A DNA stretch of 63,174 nucleotides, counting the filler, from Intoshia linei (lineage: Eukaryota > Animalia > Orthonectida): the NCBI GenBank assembly GCA_001642005.1. It is 11 parts of 11 records of this genome, joined end to end, with 100 filler letters (N's around TTAATTAATTAA, not from the genome) between each part and the next. Parts side by side here need not be neighbours in the genome. Positions count along the whole stretch, not along the records: positions 11,034 to 13,703 come from LWCA01002249.1; positions 13,804 to 16,798 come from LWCA01002170.1; positions 16,899 to 24,426 come from LWCA01001543.1; positions 24,527 to 35,775 come from LWCA01001187.1; 7 more parts are not named here. One strand, given 5' to 3'. The translations under genes and the position numbers were made by a program. The first letter of the stretch is position 1. Each line of letters starts with the position of its first letter. The notes under the pieces were generated by a model. That model did no database searches, was not told the origin of the DNA, and worked only from the letters and a program-made list of their open reading frames with translations. Positions 13,258-25,488 of this stretch are shown piece after piece.

Positions 13258-15262
13258 CTAAATATAATCAATAGTCCATCTCAGCAAGTTTTTTAAAAAT
13301 AATTAATGAAGATATACTATAAACCAGGTCAGAAATAGAAACTTTTAAGACAAGGGTAAAACATTAAATACTTTATAAATCTTTACTTTTATAAAGTAAA
13401 AGTTAATAAAAAAGTCCGTGAGTGTGTAATCATTTGTTTAGAAAACTAATAATCCCAGAAATTAAAAAAACACAAACCCCAAATCAGTTCTATTCGGTGA
13501 AGAAAGTAAGATATATTTCTGTCACAAATTTGCATTTTCACGTTCAACACACCAGATTACAATTTTTTATTAAGTTTATCAAATGTCGGTTAATACAAAT
13601 TAACTGTTAATTAATTATAATCAATATTTATAGACGTCATTGTTAAACTTAAATTTATACTAAAAAAATAAAAATCTTTAAAAAAATTCATTACTGATAA
13701 TTANNNNNNNNNNNNNNNNNNNNNNNNNNNNNNNNNNNNNNNNNNNNTTAATTAATTAANNNNNNNNNNNNNNNNNNNNNNNNNNNNNNNNNNNNNNNNN
13801 NNNATGATGTTGTCAATCATTATCTTTTGATAGCAAACTGTAAAATTAAAAAGAGAAATATCATGTTGATCAAGAAAATTTCAGCTTATTATTTGTATGG
13901 GTCTCATGCAGATCCTCAAAAAAAGTTTTCATTTTGTTGTCTAGTGTTATACATGTTGTTCATTTAAACATAATTGTATTGCCATTATAAGATAGTCCGT
14001 AAATATCTAATTCAGGGTTTCTTAACCTTTTTTAAATTTAGTACTCCGTTAGTCATATCAAATATTTTTAATACATCTATATAAACTAAAAAAGTGGCCC
14101 ACTAGGTGCAAAAGGTTTCCACTACCTAATTTAAGTTTTAATAAAGATGCATAAAAAGTGTATTATTTGTTGTAGTACAAAATTATATATTTTTTAATAT
14201 TATCTTTTAAAAAGTTTCTTTATTTTGTTAGTATGTGATTTAATAAGCTGAAGCTCCTTTCAACTGCAATTGAGGTTGACGGGCATTCCGTAAATCCTTA
14301 CTTATATAATATGCTACGCAATATGTTTGTGTGTGTTCCACTTTATTGAAATAACTACCAGTCTTAGAATTTTATAAATTATAATTTATTTCTAAGTTAT
14401 TTCTTGAAAATTTTCCAAAATTTTTCACGTCTTCCTGCGGACTCAATCCTTAATTATATATTAAAATTGAGCCATTCTTAATAATTCATTGATGTAAACC
14501 GAATTATCCCTGAGCGGCAGACAAAATCTAAAAAAATGTAAAATGTTGACACTCTAATTGAGACGAAAATAAAATATGAAATGTGTGATTAAACCTAAGA
14601 ATCAAGTGGGTTTAAGGAATATAAATAAGAACTAAAAAATACCATTTCATTTTTCAATAATACGTTTTTGTAGTATGCGAGAAGTTTATAATAATTATTT
14701 TTGTGGATCACTGGCCCTATTCAGTTTAAGCTACCAATTTAAATTTCATAAATAGAACTTTATTTTCAAAAATTGAAATTTGTTTATTTTTTATATTTCG
14801 TACGTTGTCACTACCTATATTGTTTAAATTCACTTACAAATGTATTTATTAGGCCCTATAATTATTGTAATGCATTTTTATAATGAACATTATAAACGTA
14901 AAAAAATGCAATGAAATATTTAATTATTTACAATATTTATATAATAAAATATTTATTTAAACTCTTAATTTTATAAAAACTTACAAATTTTTATACAAAA
15001 AGTATTTTTACAGTTTTGTAGTATTGAAAAAATTTCTTGAATTTTAAAGACTGGAAAAAACGGTACATAAACAACGCATGAAAAATCAAAATAAACAAAT
15101 TTCAACTTTTGAAGTTTAAACTGTGAGCTTAAATTGAATAAGGCGCGTATCACTTAGTTTTATTTTACAATATTGAACTATATCGTACTGTATTTAAATT
15201 AATTAGATCTAAACTTTTTATTCGATTCTAGCATTTTCATAAAATTTGGTCTCTTTAAGTCA

Positions 15263-15720
15263 ATGCATAATCACATTATTACCGTAAACAACAGACAGGT
15301 AATGATATTCTATTTTTGCCCTATATCCTTTATATATTTTAAATGTAGAAAAAAAATCCACTTTTAAAGCATATTAAGTGGACTCAATATGAATTTGATG
15401 ATATTACTCCTGATTTTATATTGACACCTGATATATGCGCAGTTTTTATAAGGTTATTACGTTTTCGTCGTATATAGTATATACAATTAAATAAATTTTT
15501 CATGTTGACATGTAATTATTATTTAAACTGTAAATAAATTCAACTCACTCAGTTCTGTATAATTTGAACAGTTGGGTAGATTTAAAAAAAAAGTTCATGG
15601 TTTAGAATTTGAAAATTAACAAATACATTATATTATATTCGATATAAAAAAGACCTGGTACTAAAATAGCATATATAATTGATACATTACTTGGTACAGC
15701 CTTAAATTTCATCTAAAATC
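15263..15720 (+). CDS. ERCC1: ERCC1 DNA excision repair protein, 5' exons only (possibly disrupted)
   Basis: Exons 15263-15298, 15349-15452 and 15700 onward give MHNHIITVNNRQKKNPLLKHIKWTQYEFDDITPDFILTPDICAVFISLKFHL. This matches the ERCC1 central domain (IIVSPRQRGNPVLK...PDYVLG...CALFLSLRYH). Confidence 0.8.
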
Positions 15721-16027
15721 AACACAAAAATTGCATTTTAGTTTATTTATTTATATTTAAAATCAGCAAAATCTTTAATTGACATTTTTTTATTGAATTT
15801 CGAATATCATTTTGATATTTGAATACCAGGGAAGTGAACAGAATCATTAACCAATGTTAACATTATTTTGCATTTACATTTAATCTACGTTTTCTTATTA
15901 TGGAATTGTTCATAGTTAAAAAAACATAAAATTAGAATTCACGATAATAAATTAGAATTACCTTAGTATCCAGAATTATTGCACGTTCAAATTAAAAACC
16001 GTCAATTCTTGATTAGCTATAAGAAAA

Positions 16028-16640
16028 TCCTTACTTATATAATATGTTACGCGATTTTTGTTTATGTGTGTGTGTTCCACTTTATTGAAATAACTATTAG
16101 TCTTAACATTTTATAAAGTCCACATTTGAATTACAGTTTTTTCCGAGACATACAATAAGATAAATTTTAACCTCCCAAATTCACATCTTACGGGTTAAAA
16201 ACTCCAATTTTCATTTTTTTTGAAAATCAAACAAGTTGAAGAATTTTAAAAAATATATACGCTGATACGGATTTTAAAATCATAAACATTATTCTAAATT
16301 TAAATTTAAAAAAATTATTTCTTTAGGGCCAAAACTACAAATTACCCTTCTGTTTTAATGAAAACAGCCCTAGAATTTCAAAAAATTTTAATCTGAATAA
16401 GTGACGACTTCACGGTCATAAAAGAATTTGAGTATTAATATTATTTTTTTTCCGAAATATTTTATTAAAACAAAAAATGTGAAATAATTAAGTTTCCGAA
16501 AATTAAAAAAAAGGAGATTATTCTGATAGAGCTTATTCCAGTTGATATAAATGCAAAATTTTAACCCCAGAAATGTACGCATTCCCGGTGACAAATAATT
16601 TTTAATATATTATCATGATAATTATTATCAAATATTGGAT
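16028..16640 (+). mobile_element. Helitron family A, 5' portion
   Basis: Starts A|TCCTTACTTATATAATATG (5'-TC). Collinear with 27200-27750 and 62878-63174. Confidence 0.7.
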
Positions 16641-16898
16641 TAAAATAAAAACGGTGTTCAGATTATGCAGAACTTACTGTACAGTAGGGTGTCCACTTTT
16701 TTAAAGATCAAAAAGTATATTTGCTTATAGATGTATTTTTATGTGCTGATCACGATTATGTATACATTATATGTTTTAATTAAGATTTTCTTCGCCTANN
16801 NNNNNNNNNNNNNNNNNNNNNNNNNNNNNNNNNNNNNNNNNNTTAATTAATTAANNNNNNNNNNNNNNNNNNNNNNNNNNNNNNNNNNNNNNNNNNNN

Positions 16899-18961
16899 AT
16901 GTATCGAAGGGAGGTTGAGTTGTTAGTAGTGGTGCCTTTAAAAAAACAGGTGGAGGTTATGAATATGGTGCATAAAGGTTTTGGTGGTATTCATGTAGGT
17001 GTTACAAAAATGGGATTTGGTGAGGCGTCAATTTTTTTGGTATGGATTAACGTCTCATATTATAGAATATGTTGGTAAGTGTGAAATTTGCATGAGAAAC
17101 AAATTTGGGAAACGCAAGCGAATTCATGAGTTGAGGCCGGTGATAACCTCAAAAGTAAATGAATTGTGGCAATTGGATTTTGCAGGGCCAATGGTAGAGA
17201 GTATTCAGGGGAATAAATATTTACTGGTCATGGTGGATCAATATAGTTAATGGCCTGAGGTGTGGGCTGTTGAGAGTATGACAGCGGAGGTGGTTGCTAG
17301 AAAAATTTATGAAGAATTAATTGCTAGGTATGGTGTGCTGAAACGTATTCATACTGATATGGGTACGCAATTCGAGTCAGAATTGATAAGGGAGTTGTGT
17401 GAGCTGTATGGTATAGTAAAGACGGAAACTAGACCATATCATCATGAAAGTGTCGGTGCAGTGGAAAGGTTAAATAGAACCTTAACGAATATGTTGCGGG
17501 TTAAGACAGTGGGAAGATTTGATAAAAATTGGGAGAATTTTATTTTAGAAATTTTGGTGGCCATAAGAAATATGCAAAGTTGTCCTACAGTACATAGTCT
17601 GTCAGTAATGGTGTATGGAAAAAATTTGGATTTATATTAGAATATAAAAGATGTTGGTGATGTGGTGAGGCCCAGTGAGAATCAAATTGGTGAAACTTCT
17701 AAAAAGTATGGAAAAATCATAATTCTAAGGTGACGAAAAGTGATACTATGTGGCAAAGAGATTATATTCAAATAATCCTGTGGTGGGAAAACTGGATAAA
17801 AGATTCAGAAGGTGTAATGAGTCTAAATTGAAGGCGTGTGAAAAAATTTATGGAGTTGATAAATTTCAAAAATTAAATGAAGGTGTAAAGTTTAAAAAAA
17901 CTTATTGTTATTGCAAACGCGGTGAGGTGGAAAATGATTTTATGGTGGAGTGTGATAGCTGTAAAGATTGGTTTCATGGAGAGTGTGTTAAGTTGTCGAA
18001 AACGGTGGCAGATAAAATAAAAAATTTTAGGTGTAAAAATTGTGAAAAGAAAGGTAAAAAAAGTAGAAAGAAAAGAAAGTAGGGTCAAAAGACAGGTTAG
18101 GGTGCCACAGAAATTTGATAGTTATGAGATGGAAAAAATATCAAATAAAGGAAATCTTAGGTGTATTAGAGAAAGAAAAGTTGTAGTGAAGAATAATTTA
18201 TTAGATATTGACGATTTGCGTAAGATTTTTAAGGTGTTGGAATTAAGATATGCATGTAATACTGACAATAAGATTACATTGATTGAGTTTGATAAATTGA
18301 ACAATATAGTAAGATACCTAAGATGTTATTAACATTACATTTTGTAAAATATGATGGTGCGTTGTTCGAAACTAAGCGGTTATTATGGATATATGGTGAA
18401 GTATCATCAAGGGTGTTATATTATTGGCACATAAATGATATTAAGTTGGATTGTAATTTGAGGAACAAGATAGAGTATAAATTTTCTAATTTTGATTTTT
18501 GGTTGTATATGCAAGGGTGAAGTTAAGTTGAAAGAAAAATTAAGGTGTGGGACCGAAAAGTCTTAAAACTACCCAATGGGACCGGAAAGTCTAAAAACTA
18601 CCAAATATACCCAAAGGTCAGTAAACTTGTAGACAAACTAAGTCGTTAAAATAATTTACCTAAATGTGATTCAACTTGTCGACATGAAAAGTCGTTAAAA
18701 ATACGAAAGTGGTGAGCAGTCCTGGTGAAGAATTTGCAGTCAATGGTGTGCATTCAATTACAGTGGTGAGGGCAGCCGCGCTTGGTACCCTGGTGAAGAT
18801 ACAAAGTGCCTTTTGATGAAGGATTTTGTATAAATTGAGGGAGGTGTTGTAATTGTTATGTATATAGTTGTTAAGTTGTATCTAAAGTGATCACCATGAT
18901 CACTTTATGATTTTGTACACACGATTAAATTGTTAATTTATAAAATCCTTAAATCATTACA
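16899..18961 (+). mobile_element. Ty3/Gypsy LTR retrotransposon 3' half: integrase (H2C2 + DDE), PHD finger, unknown extension, PPT, probable 3' LTR; degenerate
   Basis: Integrase motifs H...H...CEIC, WQLDFAGP, IHTDMGTQF, YHHESVGAVERLNRTL with stops and frameshifts. PHD: YCYCKRGEVENDFMVECDSCKDWFHGECVKLS...FRCKNC. Purine tract GAGGGAGG directly precedes TGTAATTG...CATTACA. Confidence 0.88.
18848..18961 (+). repeat. Probable 114-bp 3' LTR
   Basis: TG...CA ends with short inverted termini (TGTAAT/ATTACA), immediately after a polypurine tract. Internal hairpin AAAGTGATCA-CCA-TGATCACTTT. Confidence 0.6.
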
Positions 18962-18964
18962 GCC

Positions 18965-19203
18965 TTATAAACCAATTTATACAAATTAACAAACGCATTG
19001 GATAAAGTAGACGAGGTACTTGGTTCATTGACATCAATCGAATTTACAATATCATTGTTTAAAATTGAAACCATGAATTTCTTAGTTCAAGAAATTGTTG
19101 CTTTACTCGTATTGTATATTTCACATAATTTTCGTTCAAAAATTTTTCCTTAATTCAAAATATTTGCTATTTCTAGTTTAGTTTCAGAATCCAAAATCGG
19201 CAT
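18965..19203 (-). pseudogene. pogo/Tigger CENP-B-type HTH remnant
   Basis: MPILDSETKLEIANILN*GKIFERKLCEIYNTSKATIS*TKK resembles a psq/CENP-B N-terminal HTH and contains stops. Confidence 0.5.
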
Positions 19204-19973
19204 GTTTAATTTATTTACATATAAATGTAAAATATTTAAATAAATATAATTTTAAATTAATGTTATCACTATAGGAATTATACTTTTATATTTACAACAT
19301 TTTTGCCCCAAAAGCTGGGTTAATTTGATATATTGCTGACATCGATATAAATAATATAAAATCAATATAATTGGCCCAAAAGACGAGTATGCCCACACCG
19401 AAGTCGGACTGTATTTTTTATTTGAAGTGAACTTATATATTTTTTCAAGTGTGTATTTTTTATACGCAAACACGTCCTTTGCCATCACTGCTCTATGCAA
19501 ACGAAGCAAGAGACTTTGCAGATGTATTTTATTGTTTCCAATTTAATATAACGATATTAAATTAAATAATGATAGATTTAACTTTATAAGTAACACTGTA
19601 AATGCAAAATTTTAATATATTAAATAAGCAATTAATTAATACAGTCGTTTCCTCAAATAGATTTTTTTTCACATTATATGATCTGTAAACATCTAAATAT
19701 TAGAAATTAATTTTTAATATTTATTATAAGAGTATATGGATATTTAGTGATAAAATTTATCATAAATGCATGAATATATGATTACTATATTTTAAATGGT
19801 TACGTTTTATAACTTATATGACAATTAAAAGTACAAATGTCAAATATTTAATTTATTACTCATTTACATCTTTAAAACTTTCTGATATTCGTACGTACGC
19901 AAATACTAATAGAGACAATAAAATCATATGACAATTTTATATTGGATGATAGTGAATTTACACTCAATATTCA

Positions 19974-20150
19974 CTACGATAAATATAATCTAAATAATGG
20001 TATATAGCAGGCATTATCAACCGTTTTAACATAGCAATTATCAATTACATGTTTAGTTGCCTCGACTATGCCAATTTGGTTTATTCCTATATCAGATGGA
20101 TTAAATAACAATTCCGGTACTGTAAATCGTTCAACTCCTAACCGTATGGA
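19974..20150 (-). pseudogene. ACTR6: Isolated exon of actin-related protein 6
   Basis: After an AG acceptor: [36 protein letters not shown], close to ARP6 [31 protein letters not shown]. No neighbouring exons were recognised. Confidence 0.65.
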
Positions 20151-21544
20151 CTACATTTATAATTATGTATTTATGAAATACTTATAAGTCTTATCACAAA
20201 ACATAACAATTCAAACTTCAGACCAGTGTTGTCAGAAAATAAACTAATATTTACTCAAATAAATGAGAAGAATTTGAAAATTTAAAATTTGATTAGTTTT
20301 TTACGCAGTGTTGCCAAAATTTGAATTTTTAAAACTCTGAATCCTGAATTTGTTAGATAAATTGGAATAAACAGACATAAAATTACTAACATAACATAAC
20401 TAAATTACTTTATATACAATCTAATAATTGAATTTTTATCGAATTATTTTTTATAATCTTTTAAATTCGAAAATTTAGAAAAATCGAATAAAATTTGTAT
20501 ACCCTTACAGTCGACGAAAGTTTCGAAAATTATTATAAAAATTAATTAATGATATAAAAATTTTGAAAACAAAATAATCAATTTACACTTTAACGGTCTA
20601 AATAACAAATTAATTATTATTAACAATAAATCATTGTAAATATGCACTTCCTTAACCTTTCACTATTCGCACATACTCATGAATAATAACGGCGATTCGC
20701 CAGCATTGTTATCAGGTCATATTTCTGTTTAAATTACAATATTTTATTCAAAAAATATTTGATATTATCAAAGAAAAAAACAATGCAATGATAAAATATC
20801 ATGCAGATTAATTATTAGAGTAGTAACGATAGAGCAACATCTTTTACATGAAATAATGTTTGGTATATATGTTTCTAGTAGTATGTTATTGAAGTTACTG
20901 CTAGCAGTATATATAGTATTTAATATAGTACATAATATCATTATCTTGTTCTGAATGTATTTATAACTTCATTGTTATAAGTTATATACCCGATTACGCC
21001 ACTACTCAACAAAAAAATTAAAATTTAATTAAGGGTCGTATACCATATTGATAGAACATATCCAAAACTGGAACAAAAAGTTCAGTTCAAATAGATTTAA
21101 TTTAAAATTACAAAATATAATTAAACTTTATTAAAAACAACTATAAATAATTTATATTATCGACCAAGCATTGTAAAATCCTTTAAAAAATTTAAGTCAC
21201 AGATATAGATACTCTAATCTAACAAATAATGTTTAATAAGAATTACAACTGCGATAACACGTTTAATATAAAAGTGAAGTTACAGTTTAGATAAAAGTCA
21301 ACTGGAACTTCACTGTTACAATAGTAACTAATGTTGTTTCAACCAAATTTAAAAAAATTAGGCCTTTTGCAAAATAGAAACTTTAAATTTAGAACTTTAT
21401 TTAATTACAAAAAATATGTAAGTTAATTAATAGTGTAATGAATAAAATTAGTCACTATAACTTTATCCATTATCGTGAAAATAATTTAATTTAAATATCT
21501 AATTATTTTCAAAAATTTTCTCTAATGTCCAGAATATGATTGTT

Positions 21545-22110
21545 ACTCTTAACGCAAATACTGCTAGAAATAGATATCCTGCACCTAACCTTAAAGAATG
21601 TCTAGAATTTTTATCGGATCGTACAATATTTTCTACATTAGATTTAACTAATGGATTTTAATAAATACCCTTATGTAAAGAAGACCGATGGAAAACAGCG
21701 TTCAGTACTGAATTTGGGGATAAACTATATCAATTCAAGGTGATGCCGCAAGGACTGTCAAATGCACCATCGAGTTGCCAACAAATGATGTACCAGATAC
21801 TGAAAAATATTGATAACGTGACAGTCTATCTCGATGATATCATTGCATCGCATCCTATTAAACAACATAGAAAAGATTTAAAGTGTGTTTTGGGCATTGC
21901 AAAATGCTGGATTAACTGTCAACCAAAAAATGTATAAATGGAATTGACGAAATTAAGGTATTAGGTCATGTGATAAATAAAAAGTCTTATGGTTGATCCA
22001 TCAAAAGTATCGTGTATCGACGAAGTATGCCCACCTAAAACTATGCGACAAATGCGAAGATTTTTATGAATGTGTTCATTTTACCGCAGATTTATAAAAC
22101 ACTTATCCTA
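21545..22110 (+). mobile_element. Ty3/Gypsy reverse transcriptase remnant
   Basis: LNANT..RYPAPNL..IFSTLDLTNGFY*IPL...KTAFST...YQFKVMPQGLSNAPS...VYLDDII...RRFL*MCSFYRRFI, with stops and frameshifts. Confidence 0.9.
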
Positions 22111-22133
22111 ACTGACTGATCGTTGTTACCACA

Positions 22134-22820
22134 ACAAAAAGTAGAGAGAACACAGTACATACCTTAGGTGCTGCTGTATATAAAAGTTTCATCTCCAATA
22201 CATATTCTGATATGAATTTGGTTAAGTGTTATCTGCTAAAGTACTTACCATCTCTCAAATTTAGGTTGGACGTTATGAGCCTCGGGAAAATGATTTTGGG
22301 AAGAGGTCAAGATGTGACATTCACCGTATTATAGAACCTGATTTTGGAGACGAAATGTTAGATACTGTTATTGGGGATCAAGAATACAAAGACTACATGA
22401 ATACTGGCTTAGCCATTTTATGCATGTTACCGGTTTCTCTTATATATTTATAAAATTAAATTTATATTAACTGAAAGGTGTTATTTTTTTATTGTTAATT
22501 GTTACAAATTTAACATACAATGTTAAAAAGAAAAGCAACATTCACAAGAAAAAACGCCCAAATTAAGAAGATGAAACGTCTCAAGAAGATCATGATATAC
22601 AAAATAGGTAATAGTATTGTTTTTTTAATTAATTATCATACTGTATTACATTTAAAAAAAATTTCAGTAGACCATCCAATTTTTTTTATAAAATATACAT
22701 ATTCTTTAACTTTAATAATTTTAAAATAAATATTAAATTAATTTGTTTTAGAAAAAATAAAGACACAACCTCGGCTTCAAGAGCCAACGAATCTCAAGAA
22801 TCTAGAGAGCTTCGAAAAAG
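22134..22820 (+). CDS. Unidentified spliced coding fragments
   Basis: Exon ~22134-22220, a 44-bp GT-AG intron, then exon 22265-22432 in an open frame (HTLGAAVYKSFISNTYSDMNL|VGRYEPRENDFGKRSRCDIHRIIEPDFGDEML...). Further exon-like pieces at 22520-22607 and 22752-22819. Confidence 0.3.
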
Positions 22821-25488
22821 GTACACTATTTAAAATAATAATATAATATTTAAAAATGATAAAGACACAACCTCGACTTCAAGGGCTAACGAATCTTAAG
22901 AATCTAGCTTTTACAGGATGAACATCTGATATAAGATGATTACCTTTTAACAATACATTCTAGTGTCTAAATCCAGATTTACGGTAAAGAAGTTCGATAT
23001 TTTTAGCTATGATATTTAAAAAAATATATATTAATAAATTTAATCTTTTTTCTGTAATAATAATTGGTTGATTTGGACATTCCTCAGTATACATTGAAAC
23101 AACTGTTTCTTGAGATGATAATGGCTAGGATGATGAAACTAAATTATATACTTCCATTGGAATTAGTAAATTTTTGGATGTCGGATAAAAGTAAAAGCTT
23201 AATTTATTTGTTTTTCTTCTTTTTACAATACAGAGTTAAACTAAGCTTCAGTTACCTAAGACAATTAATCCACTCACTCTTCGAGTTCATGCATTAGAAC
23301 AAAACTCGTATCAATACATCAATTGAAATTGAAATCAACGTTTCTAATTTGAAAGTTGCATGTAACATAATAATTTAAATAAGCTATAATTCCGCGAAAA
23401 CATTTTCTGATGTTAATAAAATGTTTTTATTACGTAAAAATAGTTGGTTGTAAAGCTTTTCATTCTTAACTGGGGTTTTTATGGACCAATTGTATCATTA
23501 AAATTCATAATAATTATATAAATTTAATTTTTTACCTTGATAAGCATATTTCTTTTTTGGTAGTTATTTGCAGTGGTCTCGTATAATTCATCCCAAAAAT
23601 AAATTTGGCCCAATCTGAAAAAAAAATTAATTGGTGCCGATTTGTAAATGCAAATATTTGAATGACCATTTTTTGTCAAAATGTTTTTGAACCGTTTATT
23701 GAGCATGAGGTCTATTTCTATAAAGCTGTAGTGTTTGCAATTGTAACTATAAAAAATATTAAAACACAAAATATTGGGCAAATACCGAATTGATGTAACA
23801 GAATTGTTGCTTAAATTTTGATTTTTGGATATTTTAAATGTTTGTTTTTATTAAAAACTGTCAGTTTTTCTTGCAACGCTAATAGGATAATTATATACGT
23901 CAAATTTTGTAGTTGTTTCATTTGCATCTTAAAAGTTTGATACTTATCATTTAATTGTAATTGAACCATGTGTAAACGATAATTTTAATTTCAATAAAAA
24001 TAAATTAATCTTCAAAAATAAATCTGCAAATAGACTCTTTCGCAAACGAATGCATTGTAAAATAAAATCAATCTAGTACCAATTCTTTTTATAAACCAAT
24101 GCATTGATTGTTAACAAAAGCAATCAATTATTTCCAATGCCTGCTGTCTATAACTTTTAGTTTATTTGGAATATATTTTAAGCCGAAAATTTTTGTTCGT
24201 CATCATAGATAAGTAGTTTTGGCTTTACAAAAATAAAAAAGTGGAATAAGGCATTTAATATTATAAAAGAATTTGAATAGTAACTTAGTTAAGTCAAATT
24301 CAAGATTAATCCAATACATATTAATTTACTTTTACATATTTTTCTAAAGTTAAGTCAGCATGATTTGAAACGATAAAACTTGATATTCGAATTATTTAAA
24401 TTGTGAAAATTTTATTTTCTTGTTAANNNNNNNNNNNNNNNNNNNNNNNNNNNNNNNNNNNNNNNNNNNNTTAATTAATTAANNNNNNNNNNNNNNNNNN
24501 NNNNNNNNNNNNNNNNNNNNNNNNNNGCGCAGCTATTGAACAGTCAAACCTCATCATCAAGTGTTAAAAGATCCGTTTTCATTGTTGAAGTATATATTAT
24601 CCGACGAAATAAATTTTTTAAAAGCAAATATTTATAAATATATTATATTGTACTATAACAGCGGTTCCCAACATACTTCACAGTTAATACCCCTAAGCTA
24701 AAAAAAATTGTTAAAACTCTACTTGACCAAAAATGGATATCTAAAAAATTATTAATGGTTGAACTGACGAAATAAGGACGTAAATGTATTTAATATACAA
24801 TCTTAAAAATACAGAGACTATCAAATAGACGTAAATACATAAGGAACTAAGTATTATACAGAAATTGCCCTACTCATTATACATATATCATTTTAAAGGC
24901 AATATTCACATAAATATAGTATAAAATAATTAACTGCGTATATTTATTCATGTAAAAAATATGTTAATTTATATGATTATAAAATTAATTTTTATTTTCA
25001 ATTATTTTTGAGATTTAAAAAAATATATATTTTATGAGTCATAGTATCAAACGAATTGGCACTCTAAAATATTTTCTAGGATCTCAAAATTTACAGATGG
25101 TACAGTCGTATCCTGTTAACACACACAAAAAATTTCATTCTGAATAAGTGACGTTTTCACGGTCAAAAAAGCATTTTAGTATTCATATATTTTTTTCCTA
25201 AATATTTTATTAAAACAAAAAATGTGAAATAATTAACTGTTCGAAAATGAAAAATAAGGTTATTATGATAGAGCTTATTCCAGTTGATATAAATATAATA
25301 TTTTAACCCCAGAAATTCCACCAACATATAAAAACTTATCAGTTTCCAATTGTAAACAATATAGGAATATTAATTTATCATGTTACTTTCTTCAAATTAA
25401 TATAAATTATATCAAATGAAATTTATTTAGATTGCAACAATTAAATATTTATACAATGGAATAAATTATATATATATATATCTTAAAG

